From assembly GCA_041751015.1 (NCBI GenBank), contig JBGSYF010000017.1, forward strand, positions 4,913 to 68,912: a DNA stretch of 64,000 bases, read 5' to 3'. Position 1 is the stretch's first letter, and each line of letters begins with the position of its first letter. Of the stretch, positions 1 to 9,024 are shown piece by piece. The DNA comes from Chitinophagales bacterium. Its GTDB lineage: Bacteria > Bacteroidota > Bacteroidia > Chitinophagales > BACL12. The translations under genes were made by a program, and so were the position numbers. The notes beneath the pieces were generated by a model. That model had not been told where the DNA came from, did no database searches, and saw only the letters and a program-made list of their open reading frames with translations.

Positions 1-821
1 AGCTCATTATAGTATACACCCCACTATACAATACTCAGGCAAAGGACAGTAATAAGCAAAACATAGAAAACAGCTTTAGCCTCCTGGTTTCAAATGTGCG
101 AATGGAGAATGAGGATAAAAAGAGCTTTCAATCGCAGGTCAGAATGGAGAATCCTGATGTACTCCTCATCAATGAACCCGACCAGGCCTGGGCTGACTCT
201 ATCCGCTATCTTGATGAGGAGTATCCGTATTCCATCAAATACCCATTAGACAACACCTTCGGAATTATATTACTTTCAAAGCTGCCCCTTACAGAAAGTA
301 CGGTGAACTTTTTGGTAAAGGAGGATATCCCTTCCATCTTTACCAAGATTACCCTTAAATCAGGAGTCATCATCGACTTCTATGGTGTACACCCAGAGCC
401 GCCAATGCCGGGTAACGACACTTATGAAAGAGATACTGAGTTGCTTCTCATCGGCAAAAAAATTAAAGACTCCAATAATCCAACCATTGTTGCTGGCGAT
501 CTGAACGATGTTGGTTGGTCAGGTACTTCTAAGCTATTCAGGAAGTACAGTGGACTGGTGGACCCTCGTCAAGGCAGGGGACTATTCAATACGTATAGTG
601 TCTTTGTGCCCTTGTTTAGGTACCCTCTGGATCACATTTTCTACTCAAAAGAATTTGGCCTGCTGAAGCTTGAGAAACTGAAAGATATCGGATCCGACCA
701 CTATCCCCTTTTGATAAGCTTAAGCTATGAACCTGATGGGGACAATACGGAAGGTTTGGAAAGTCCGGATGCCGATGAAATAGAGGAAGTTGAAGAAACC
801 ATTGAAGACGGGAAACAGTGA
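1..821 (+). CDS. endonuclease/exonuclease/phosphatase (EEP) family protein, 5' end cut by window edge
   Basis: The frame of ORF 96..821 stays open back to nt 3, so the gene starts upstream of the window. EEP-type motifs: SLLVSNVRMEN, AGDLNDVGWS, PLDHIFYS, GSDHYPLL. Acidic C-terminal tail. Confidence 0.8.
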   Translation, partial: LIIVYTPLYNTQAKDSNKQNIENSFSLLVSNVRMENEDKKSFQSQVRMENPDVLLINEPDQAWADSIRYLDEEYPYSIKYPLDNTFGIILLSKLPLTESTVNFLVKEDIPSIFTKITLKSGVIIDFYGVHPEPPMPGNDTYERDTELLLIGKKIKDSNNPTIVAGDLNDVGWSGTSKLFRKYSGLVDPRQGRGLFNTYSVFVPLFRYPLDHIFYSKEFGLLKLEKLKDIGSDHYPLLISLSYEPDGDNTEGLESPDADEIEEVEETIEDGKQ

Positions 822-841
822 GAAAACAATTCCACTTAAAT

Positions 842-2152
842 ATGAGACTATTTTTTATACTTTTAATATTTATTTCAAACGGGTCTTTCGCACAAAGCTA
901 CAGTTCCTACTTCACGGGCAATCCGACCGATACGACTACCATTCCCATTGGCGGCATTTGCTTAATGGGTGGAGCTGCAGATGAGGACAATGCTATGAGG
1001 TGGTTTCTCCAGAGGGCCAATGGCGGGGACATTCTTGTATTGAGAACTAGTGGCTCAGACGGCTATAACGATTACCTATATTCTTCTTTGGGAGTCCCTG
1101 TGAACTCCGTTGAAACGATAGTTTGCCACAACGCAGATGCCAGTGAAGACCCCTATGTTCATCAAAAGATTCAGCAAGCAGAAGCGATATGGTTCGCCGG
1201 AGGCGATCAATGGACCTATGTTTCGTATTGGCGCAATACCGCAATAGATAGTCTCATCAATCGCGCCATTCAAAACCGAAAAATAGTCATTGGGGGAACC
1301 AGCGCAGGTATGGCTATTCAGGGTAAGTACTACTTCTCAGCACAGTATGGCACCGTCAGCTCAGCCACAGCCCTGTCAGATCCATTCAATGAGCTGCTCA
1401 CGGTGGATTCCGCTTCTTTCCTTCAAAACAACTTCCTGGAAGAGGTTATTACCGACACACATTTCGATAATCCCGATCGGAAAGGCCGACTCCTGGCATT
1501 TTTGGCAAGAATGTACTCGAGTTATGGTGTCCAGAGCAAGGCTATTGCCTGTGATGAGTACACTGCCGTGTGTATAGATACCCATGGTATAGCGAAAGTC
1601 TTTGGAGCTCACCCCAGCTATGATGATAATGCCTATTTTATACAAAGCAACTGTGAACTTGATGATCCAAGTCCAGAGAATTGCTCAGATGGTAATCCAT
1701 TGACCTGGAATCACGGTGGAGAAGCCTTGAAGGTCTATCAGGTTAAAGGCACGGAAACGGGAAGCCATACCTTCGACTTGAATACCTGGCAATCAGGAAT
1801 CGGCGGAAGCTGGCAGAATTGGAGCGCCGATGCCGGAGCTTTCCAGGAACAACCGGGAAATCAAATCCACTGCAGTCCCCTGACTTCTATAGATGGCCAC
1901 AATGAGATTGAACTAAAGGTCTATCCCAACCCTGCAAGCGATCGAATCATCATTCACAGCACACATGAGAACACGGCAAACTGCAAGGTCAAACTATTCA
2001 ATTCATCTGGCCAACTTATTCCCTCCGCCATAAACAGAGTTTCAGAACATCAACTTGAAATTGACCTTTCAGAGATGAGCACAGGGATGTATTTTTTGAT
2101 GATCACAACAAACAAACAAATTAATTATATACGTGTTTTTACGATAAAATAG
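842..2152 (+). CDS. secreted peptidase S51 / cyanophycinase-like protein with type A T9SS C-terminal sorting domain
   Basis: IGGTSAGMAIQG nucleophile-elbow motif, AIWFAGGDQW and DTHFDNPDRKGRL resemble the S51/cyanophycinase fold. The signal peptide MRLFFILLIFISNGSFAQ starts at ATG 842 (GTG 818 is the alternative). The C-terminal KVYPNPASDRIIIH...GMYFLMI...IRVFTIK looks like a T9SS CTD. Confidence 0.75.
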   Translation: MRLFFILLIFISNGSFAQSYSSYFTGNPTDTTTIPIGGICLMGGAADEDNAMRWFLQRANGGDILVLRTSGSDGYNDYLYSSLGVPVNSVETIVCHNADASEDPYVHQKIQQAEAIWFAGGDQWTYVSYWRNTAIDSLINRAIQNRKIVIGGTSAGMAIQGKYYFSAQYGTVSSATALSDPFNELLTVDSASFLQNNFLEEVITDTHFDNPDRKGRLLAFLARMYSSYGVQSKAIACDEYTAVCIDTHGIAKVFGAHPSYDDNAYFIQSNCELDDPSPENCSDGNPLTWNHGGEALKVYQVKGTETGSHTFDLNTWQSGIGGSWQNWSADAGAFQEQPGNQIHCSPLTSIDGHNEIELKVYPNPASDRIIIHSTHENTANCKVKLFNSSGQLIPSAINRVSEHQLEIDLSEMSTGMYFLMITTNKQINYIRVFTIK

Positions 2153-2174
2153 AAGCCATTGTAGCATCACATTG

Positions 2175-3026
2175 TCAGGTTCTATCATCAAAACTTAATC
2201 CATTAGTATTGCTTAGTTTGCCTTGTTGTCTTCCCATTCCCCTTACCCGGAAAAACGGTAAAAACACCAGCATCTCCGTAAAATCCAACCGCATAATCAA
2301 CCACAATAAGATCACGAACAGCACTATGAACCCGATCAATATATGATCGAAGCGGCGGGTAAAGAAAGCCAAAACAAAAGCTGCCTGAAGGCCAAAAACA
2401 AATAGAAAGCCGCCCTCAACCAAGCCTGGATGTGCAATCAACCAGCTCAGGAGCGACTGATGTAAAGCTCCCTGGTGAAAGGCAAAGTATGTACCATGTT
2501 GATAGATCAATAAATCGGCCATATGCATAGGTTCGGCCAATGCTCCGCCAAAGAGTTTGTAACAAGCCGCACTGAAAAACACGAAGGCCGCGTAAAAGCG
2601 AATGGCCTCAGCAAACAGTGAAAAGGATCTGCTTCCCGCAAAGAAGAACAGACAACTACCAAAGAGTATCGGGTACATGCTATGCGATGGATAGGCAAAA
2701 GCCGCGTTTATGCCCAGACCATAGGGTATCAACAACATCGGAATCAATCGCAAAAGCGAGGGTTTTGGGAAAACAACGCTAAGAGCAAGGAGAGCGGCAA
2801 GTACAATTGCCCAGATCAATGCCACGATCTCCTGATTCATGAAGACGAACAGTCCGCTCCCGTGAAGCAACCAATAGGCCGGATCGATTCCTGCATAGTG
2901 CGCAGGTGGCTGGTAAAACTGATGCAACAGGCCACCCTGCAAGAATTTCCACAAGCCGATAAGCAGAATAAGAAGACTTACCCTTCGACATAAAAAATGC
3001 TCAGTTGAATATAAAGTGGAGCTCAT
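2175..3026 (-). CDS. polytopic integral membrane protein, family not recognised
   Basis: 283 aa with many hydrophobic segments. It overlaps the upstream ORF by 4 nt (3023..3026), which suggests an operon. It looks weakly HTTM-like, but I cannot confirm that. Confidence 0.6.
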   Translation of the reverse strand: MSSTLYSTEHFLCRRVSLLILLIGLWKFLQGGLLHQFYQPPAHYAGIDPAYWLLHGSGLFVFMNQEIVALIWAIVLAALLALSVVFPKPSLLRLIPMLLIPYGLGINAAFAYPSHSMYPILFGSCLFFFAGSRSFSLFAEAIRFYAAFVFFSAACYKLFGGALAEPMHMADLLIYQHGTYFAFHQGALHQSLLSWLIAHPGLVEGGFLFVFGLQAAFVLAFFTRRFDHILIGFIVLFVILLWLIMRLDFTEMLVFLPFFRVRGMGRQQGKLSNTNGLSFDDRT

Positions 3027-3592
3027 GGTTCAATGGGGCATCCCCCCATATACAAAAACAACTCAGGATATTCTATACAATAAATCGCCGGAGTAACGCA
3101 TTGCCCTTCTGGCAATTGATGATGGGCTACACGGTCCAACCAAGCCTGCCATGCCAGGGAATCAGGTTCCATTGGAACAATTCTCGCCGAAACTTTCTCG
3201 TAGGATCTTTCGGGTAGCCAATCACCCATCCACTCACCCGCCTTGCCCTTTATCCATTCCTCTGCCGCGATCTGCCCATAGCCCTCCTTTGACCTCATAG
3301 CCATCTGATTCTCCAGCAGCCCGATGGTCTTGTAACGCGGCAATCTTCCGCCCAACAATGCCGGATCAAGTGGAATAGAATCCGAGCTAACCCAATGTAC
3401 CGTCGAATGCTCCGGCAGTAGAAACTCACCCCCATACATCCACCAATGCACAAAGGGGAAGCGGATCACCCCGTCTGATGCACTCCAAAGCTGACCGCCA
3501 CAAAAGAGCACAAAGCCCAAAGCCAGAGCGGGGCAGGTTCTAAAAGCTCTTACCAGGAAGAGACCAGACCATATCCGGGTCAGGGAATTCAT
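3023..3592 (-). CDS. hypothetical protein with N-terminal membrane anchor
   Basis: 189-aa ORF with an N-terminal hydrophobic segment (LALGFVLFCGG). Its stop overlaps the start of the downstream membrane-protein gene. No recognised motif. Confidence 0.55.
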   Translation of the reverse strand: MNSLTRIWSGLFLVRAFRTCPALALGFVLFCGGQLWSASDGVIRFPFVHWWMYGGEFLLPEHSTVHWVSSDSIPLDPALLGGRLPRYKTIGLLENQMAMRSKEGYGQIAAEEWIKGKAGEWMGDWLPERSYEKVSARIVPMEPDSLAWQAWLDRVAHHQLPEGQCVTPAIYCIEYPELFLYMGGCPIEP

Positions 3593-3688
3593 ATGGTGAT
3601 GATAATACAGAATTCTTCAATCTATTGGGGAAAAAAAGTCAACTTGCAGAGCTATATCAGGTTCTTTGTGAAAGATATTTTAACTTAT

Positions 3689-4417
3689 ATGTCTATATCC
3701 TCCAAGCTTGACCAGCTCCACGCCAAAGCCAAAGCGAACAAATGGCTTCGATACTTCGCCATATTCAATCGTATAGCTTTAGCAGCAGGCTTTATACCGA
3801 GTGGCTTGACAAAAATCATTGGAGAGCGCTTCACCTCACTGTCCGTCAATCACCCTATGGGCAACTATCTGGAGGCCTTGTATCATACAGGTTTCTATTA
3901 CCCATTTATCGGCTATGTACAGGTGACCGCCGCTCTACTTCTTCTGATTCCACGAACTTCCACTTTGGGAGCCGTGTTATACTTCCCGTTGATTCTGAAT
4001 ATTTGCATTTTATCTCTTGCGGTCGGATTTGACGGTTCGCTGCTGAGCTCTCCACTTATGGTCCTGGCCAATCTCTATCTGTTGTGTTGGGACTACGACA
4101 AACTAAAATTTATTCTTCCCTTCAAGCATGTAGATCAAAAGGAAGTCCAATCGACCCATTTAGCACGGGAAAACTCCTTTCCAAAACTCTTCTTTCTTGG
4201 TGTTTTCTTAACAATATCAAGCACTCTGCTCATCGTGACCAACGCCTATGAAATCAAGCCGAGGAACTCGTTGAAGGATTGTCAGAACGACTGTGAAGAC
4301 TCTCCCTATAATCTTGCATGTATGGATTTTTGTGATTGCATTCACACTCAAGGTCAACCCTATAAAAAATGCCTTGGAGAGTACAAGAGGGCTAAAAACG
4401 CCGTGCTGAAACATTGA
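3689..4417 (+). CDS. DoxX-like membrane protein with Cys-rich C-terminal tail
   Basis: RYFAIFNRIALAAGFIPSGLTKIIG plus about four TM segments resemble the DoxX family. The tail CQNDCEDSPYNLACMDFCDCIHTQGQPYKKC has 7 Cys. ATG 3689 is preferred, because the track start at 3593 abuts the divergent gene with no promoter space. Confidence 0.6.
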   Translation: MSISSKLDQLHAKAKANKWLRYFAIFNRIALAAGFIPSGLTKIIGERFTSLSVNHPMGNYLEALYHTGFYYPFIGYVQVTAALLLLIPRTSTLGAVLYFPLILNICILSLAVGFDGSLLSSPLMVLANLYLLCWDYDKLKFILPFKHVDQKEVQSTHLARENSFPKLFFLGVFLTISSTLLIVTNAYEIKPRNSLKDCQNDCEDSPYNLACMDFCDCIHTQGQPYKKCLGEYKRAKNAVLKH

Positions 4418-4482
4418 ACCAACAATTCTGATTCAGGACACGATTGTGCATCTTTAACATCCGGTTAATAAAGCCGTCTTCT

Positions 4483-4980
4483 ATGAAATCTACCCAAGTG
4501 ATGGTTTTGGTCATACTCCTGAATGGCCTGTTTGCCGCCGGATGCGGAAACAATTCCTCATCAACTATACATATAAATGCTTTTTATATTTTAAAAGAAC
4601 AAGGTATTATTCAGGAAAAAACCCAACAATTCACCGAAGCTCATATCATCGTGGATACAGCTCTGTTAAACAATAGCTTCACATCGGATGCCAGAGTCCT
4701 GCCACCAAACGCTGACGCGGTCATTGGACGGGCTGCCATTGCAGCGCTGAACTATGAATGGGTCAATTTTGGAATTCACGAGTTTACAGAAACATCCACA
4801 TTCTTCTACGGAAACGAAGAATACCTGATTGACGAAGGAACATACTACTTGCGTTACGGTGAAGATAACACTATTGATAATGGTAAATACATTAATATAT
4901 GGAAAAAGGAAAACAATGACTGGAAACTGTACAGCAATACATGGAACACAAGCATCCCTCGCCCTGCAGGAAACTGGTAA
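4483..4980 (+). CDS. SnoaL-like / DUF4440-like lipoprotein
   Basis: Signal peptide plus lipobox (LFAAGCG) from ATG 4483. The C-terminal YINIWKKENNDWKLYSNTWN is typical of the NTF2/SnoaL-like fold. Confidence 0.6.
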   Translation: MKSTQVMVLVILLNGLFAAGCGNNSSSTIHINAFYILKEQGIIQEKTQQFTEAHIIVDTALLNNSFTSDARVLPPNADAVIGRAAIAALNYEWVNFGIHEFTETSTFFYGNEEYLIDEGTYYLRYGEDNTIDNGKYINIWKKENNDWKLYSNTWNTSIPRPAGNW

Positions 4981-4983
4981 TGC

Positions 4984-5008
4984 GAAGATCCCTTCGATGA
5001 AGGGCTTC
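4984..5008 (+). terminator. hairpin just after the lipoprotein gene (weak U-tract)
   Basis: GAAG-at-CCCTTC gat GAAGGG-CTTC. A 6-bp core stem plus a 4-bp outer stem, starting 4 nt after the stop codon. Confidence 0.45.
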
Positions 5009-5149
5009 GTCTAATCTAGCAGTGGCTTAAACCACCTATGCAATCGCTATTCTTATCTGCCCTTTTCACACCACAAAGGGCTCATTTTACCTAACATCAA
5101 CCATTGCGCTACAACTCAACCAGTTGTGTTGTAAATTCAGCACAGTATT

Positions 5150-7396
5150 TTGAAGAACAATCCAAACGTCGGAGAGTTACTAACCCGGGCCAGAAACGAA
5201 ACCCGGAAGAGCCCGCTATTTAGTCGTCCAGGTAAGGACATACCCGCAGGCATAGTGGTGTTCCTGGTGGCCTTGCCACTCTGTCTCGGTATTGCCCTGG
5301 CCAGCGGAGCCCCCATGATTGCCGGACTGATCTCCGGAATCATCGGTGGAATCCTGATCGGTTCTATCAGCTATTCTCATGTCAGTGTCAGCGGACCGGC
5401 AGCCAGTTTATCGGCGGTTGTACTCGTAGCCCTGGAGAAACTTGGCAGTTTTGAGGTTTTCTTGCTGGCACTGGTTATAGGCGGACTCATTCAACTGGTA
5501 CTTGGCTTTGTCAGGGCTGGTGTTATTGCCGACTATATGCCTACCAGCATCATCAAAGGCTTGCTGGCAGCTATAGGTCTCATTCTGATTTTCTCCCAGA
5601 TTCCCTATGCTTTGGGCATGGACAAGGACAGTCCTCTGCTGGATCTGTCCCTGAGTATACTTAGCGATCCTCCGGAGATGTCGGACTACCTCCGCGCTTT
5701 AACACCAGGAGCGGTGGTATTGACAGCCATTTCGCTGGCTATTCTGATCTTCTGGGACAAGACCATACTCAGGCGAATAAAGCAATTGCCCCCCTTTCTG
5801 GTTGTTGTTATAATTGGTGTTATATTGAATATGTTGTTCAAGTTTCTCATCCCCTCCTTGTATCTCGAAGGACCTCATCTGGTTAATATTCCGAGCGTGG
5901 CAGGGTTTAACTCCGTCCTCACCCTTCCCAAGTTCAGCGCTATAGGGAATCCCCAGGTCTGGGTTTATGGATTTACGATTGCATTTATTGCCTCTATCGC
6001 CTCTCTGATGGCCATAGAGGCCGCCGATAATCTCGACCCCCACAAAAGGAGAAGTCCGCCCAATCGCGAATTGATCGCCCAGGGCATCGGCAATACCGTC
6101 GCCGGACTGATTGGCGGTATCCCTATCACCTCTGTCATTGTTCGCAGCTCCGTGAACATTGAAGCCGGGGCAGAAACCAAGCTCTCAGCCATTCTTCACG
6201 GAGTGCTGCTGCTTGCCAGTGTACTGGTGCTCAGCTCCATCATCAACCTGATTCCGCTGGCTTCCCTGGCTGCCATACTCCTGGTAGTGGGCTACAAACT
6301 GGCCTCTTTGGACACTATAAAAAAAATGTACGGAAAAGGTTTGGAGCAATTCATCCCCTTTGTCGTCACCACCATTGGGATACTGTTGACCGATGTTCTC
6401 ATTGGTGTTTTGATCGGCTCCGCAGCTAGTTTGTTCTTCCTGCTCAGGGGTAATTTCTTCAACCCCTTTTATGTGGAAAGAACTCGCTCCAAGAAACGAC
6501 ATGAGATCAGATTGGAACTGTCCAATGAAGTCTCCTTTCTCAATAAGCCCGCTATCAAGAAGATTCTCTGGGATCTACCCAGAAAATCCAAGATCATCAT
6601 CGATGCCACTTTCACTACTTTCATTGACCAGGACGTCATAGAAATCCTGAATGACTTCCAAAATACCTTCGCCATAGAAAATAACATTGAAGTTGTTGTT
6701 ATAGGATTGAAGGAAAGTTATAGTCCCAACAGTCAGATTCACGTAGTCAAGGACATTGAAAAACTCAGGAAAGACCTTCATAGTCCTCAAAAAATCCTCG
6801 ACTACCTCCACGATGGAAACCAGCGCTATGTAGATGGAAACCTGATCTCGCGAAGACTGCGCAACAAGGAGTTGATGGATTTCATCAAAGAGAGTCCCTT
6901 GGCGGTGGTCATCAATTGCAACGATATGCGGGAGCCCCTGAACATATTGCTGAATACCGGCATAGGTGATCTGATACCCCTGCGGGCAACAGGTAACCTG
7001 GTCAGTGATCACATCATCTTCAGCACCGAAGTTGCCTGTAGAAAACAGGGGGCCAAACTCATCCTGCTGATGGGCCATTCAAAGAATTCCTTCATCAGAC
7101 AAGCTCTGGATGATCATCTCTCCGGTAGGGACGCCTACCTGTATCCCTTGCTGGAACCCGCCTTAAACTCCGGAGAGTTTCCACAAAAGAAGTTGAAAAC
7201 AGAAGAAATCAACCGGTTAACGGACCAGATCAGCTCCTGGAATCTCGAAGAATCAAAAAAGAGAATTTTAGAGAAAAATCCCCACCTGAAAGAGCAGATC
7301 AGCGAAGGAAAAATTGGTCTTTGTTCCGCCTTCTTTGATCGAAAGACGGGGAAAATTTCCTTTTCTGAATTGTACAAGCTCCAGATAAATTCATAA
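5150..7396 (+). CDS. SulP-family anion transporter fused to STAS and a beta-carbonic-anhydrase-like C-terminal domain
   Basis: SulP-type N-terminus (DIPAGIVVFLVALPLCLGIALASGAP) with many TM segments. The C-terminal region aligns by eye to beta-CA: CNDMR (CxDxR), GDLIPLRATGN, LLMGHSKNS. The start is TTG, and there is no in-frame ATG before the first TM. Confidence 0.85.
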   Translation: MKNNPNVGELLTRARNETRKSPLFSRPGKDIPAGIVVFLVALPLCLGIALASGAPMIAGLISGIIGGILIGSISYSHVSVSGPAASLSAVVLVALEKLGSFEVFLLALVIGGLIQLVLGFVRAGVIADYMPTSIIKGLLAAIGLILIFSQIPYALGMDKDSPLLDLSLSILSDPPEMSDYLRALTPGAVVLTAISLAILIFWDKTILRRIKQLPPFLVVVIIGVILNMLFKFLIPSLYLEGPHLVNIPSVAGFNSVLTLPKFSAIGNPQVWVYGFTIAFIASIASLMAIEAADNLDPHKRRSPPNRELIAQGIGNTVAGLIGGIPITSVIVRSSVNIEAGAETKLSAILHGVLLLASVLVLSSIINLIPLASLAAILLVVGYKLASLDTIKKMYGKGLEQFIPFVVTTIGILLTDVLIGVLIGSAASLFFLLRGNFFNPFYVERTRSKKRHEIRLELSNEVSFLNKPAIKKILWDLPRKSKIIIDATFTTFIDQDVIEILNDFQNTFAIENNIEVVVIGLKESYSPNSQIHVVKDIEKLRKDLHSPQKILDYLHDGNQRYVDGNLISRRLRNKELMDFIKESPLAVVINCNDMREPLNILLNTGIGDLIPLRATGNLVSDHIIFSTEVACRKQGAKLILLMGHSKNSFIRQALDDHLSGRDAYLYPLLEPALNSGEFPQKKLKTEEINRLTDQISSWNLEESKKRILEKNPHLKEQISEGKIGLCSAFFDRKTGKISFSELYKLQINS

Positions 7397-7409
7397 ACTT
7401 TGATACTCC

Positions 7410-7706
7410 ATGCCTGAAGATACATTGCTCATTGAGCACACAGACAACGGGAAAAAAGGCAGATTCTTTGTTGAAGTCCAGGGTAAAATCCTTGCAGAAA
7501 TGACCTATGTTTGGATAGGGGAAGACCGATTCATCATTGACCACACAGAGGTTTCTGATGTGCTCAAAGGAAAAGGCATAGGGCAGAAAATGGTGCAGGC
7601 TGCCGTTGATCTGGCTCGGGAAAGACGCATTAAGATTCTACCCCTTTGCCCATTCGCGAAAGCAGTTTTCCAAAAAACCAAAAGCTTTGAAGACGTATTA
7701 AATTAA
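7410..7706 (+). CDS. small GNAT-family N-acetyltransferase (YjdJ-type)
   Basis: 98 aa. GKGIGQKMVQAAVDLARERRIKILPLCPFAKAVF matches the short GNAT-like family. Confidence 0.8.
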   Translation: MPEDTLLIEHTDNGKKGRFFVEVQGKILAEMTYVWIGEDRFIIDHTEVSDVLKGKGIGQKMVQAAVDLARERRIKILPLCPFAKAVFQKTKSFEDVLN

Positions 7707-7721
7707 CAATTTAAAAATAAA

Positions 7722-7940
7722 ATGGATAAAAATATAACTAAGGAATACAGCAATGGAGAAGTTACCATTGTATGGCAGGCCGCTAAATGCACGCATTCCG
7801 GAAACTGTGTAAAAAACCTGCCGCAAGTATTCAAACCAAGAGAGCAGCCATGGATCCGACCGGAGAACGCTTCAACCGAACAGATCGTCAGTACGGTCAA
7901 AAAATGCCCTTCAGGCGCGTTGAGCATCAAGGAATCCTGA
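7722..7940 (+). CDS. small (4Fe-4S)-binding / divergent mono-cluster protein
   Basis: 72 aa. ITKEYSNGEVTIVW...KCTHSGNC...PWI...KKCPSGALS is the pattern of small Bacteroidota proteins annotated as (4Fe-4S)-binding. Confidence 0.7.
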   Translation: MDKNITKEYSNGEVTIVWQAAKCTHSGNCVKNLPQVFKPREQPWIRPENASTEQIVSTVKKCPSGALSIKES

Positions 7941-8010
7941 CGCTTGTGCAAGGCACTTTTGCTGTCCTGTTCTGCTGGCTTCGATGTCAACGACTTAAGA
8001 AGCTCGCTGC

Positions 8011-8895
8011 CTAAATCCTGAACTCCCGTCTGATGAGCTCCTCAGACCCGGCCTTGTATACCACGGCGTAGTTCCCGCTGTCCCAGCCTTCTACCTCCAA
8101 AGCAAACCTGAAACGGAGCATACCGGCGGGAAGGGAGTTCGTCTGATCAAAGAACCAGACCACTTCGCCATGTTCATCCTCAACATGGCCCTGAAGAACG
8201 GTCGGCTGCCGGCGGTTCAACGTGAACTCGCCCTGAACACTCAGCGCTTCGCGCACAATCCGGCGTTCCTCGTCCAGACGGGTTTCCAGAATGGTGTTGT
8301 ACCAAACGTCTTCCTTGCCGAGCAGGGCACAAATCCATTCGCGAAAGGCCGGCACTTCATCGGAAAGGCTCTCGTCGTAAATACTGCCTACGTCCGCGTC
8401 ATCGGTGATGGCCCAGATCGCGCTTTGCAGCAAATCCGGACTGGAAGTCAGGCGGGGATGCAAAGCCAGATAGCGGTATAGACTGTCCAGATGCGGATTC
8501 GCCGAGCGGCTCAGGGTAAAAGTCGTTTCCTCAGCGGGGCTCCGGTCTTCTATCTCGCTGCAATAAGCGGCAATGTTCAAGCTCTCGGTGGAACGGCCGC
8601 TGAGCGCCATCAGCCTTTGCACCGGAACAACCAGGCTTTGGTCCTCCGCATTGGCCGGCTCAAAGAGCGTTCCTTCCGGCAAAATCACGGTCATCGGTCG
8701 CAAACTGTGGTTCTGTATATGCAGCGCTACACATTCAGCGCTGTTACCGCCCAGAGAGACTGCCTCAACAGAGATTTTCTGCTGATCCAGGGCTTCCTGG
8801 AGGGTCAGAACGGCTAATTGCGGGTCGGGGTTTTGCCTGTTGGAAGGCAATAGAAGGGCCAGGAGGCCGGCTGTGGCCATCAGCTGATGCAACAT
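8011..8895 (-). CDS. hypothetical secreted protein
   Basis: 294-aa ORF with an N-terminal signal-like segment (MATAGLLALLLPS). No recognised family. The opposite-strand ORFs look like shadows. Confidence 0.6.
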   Translation of the reverse strand: MLHQLMATAGLLALLLPSNRQNPDPQLAVLTLQEALDQQKISVEAVSLGGNSAECVALHIQNHSLRPMTVILPEGTLFEPANAEDQSLVVPVQRLMALSGRSTESLNIAAYCSEIEDRSPAEETTFTLSRSANPHLDSLYRYLALHPRLTSSPDLLQSAIWAITDDADVGSIYDESLSDEVPAFREWICALLGKEDVWYNTILETRLDEERRIVREALSVQGEFTLNRRQPTVLQGHVEDEHGEVVWFFDQTNSLPAGMLRFRFALEVEGWDSGNYAVVYKAGSEELIRREFRI

Positions 8896-8968
8896 AGTGA
8901 GAAGATTTAGACCTAAACGCCAGAGCTCATTCCCTTATTTTGACCGGGGCCCTTTTAGCGCCTCCCCC

Positions 8969-8976
8969 TATCTTTG
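8969..8976 (+). promoter_or_regulatory. Bacteroidota-type -7 promoter box (TATCTTTG) upstream of carB
   Basis: Exact match to TAnnTTTG, 49 nt upstream of the carB ATG. No well-spaced -33 TTTG was seen. Confidence 0.45.
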
Positions 8977-9024
8977 CGCCAGTTTATCCCAAGCCGGCAC
9001 CATCTTCCAGAACCCCTTCCCCCT

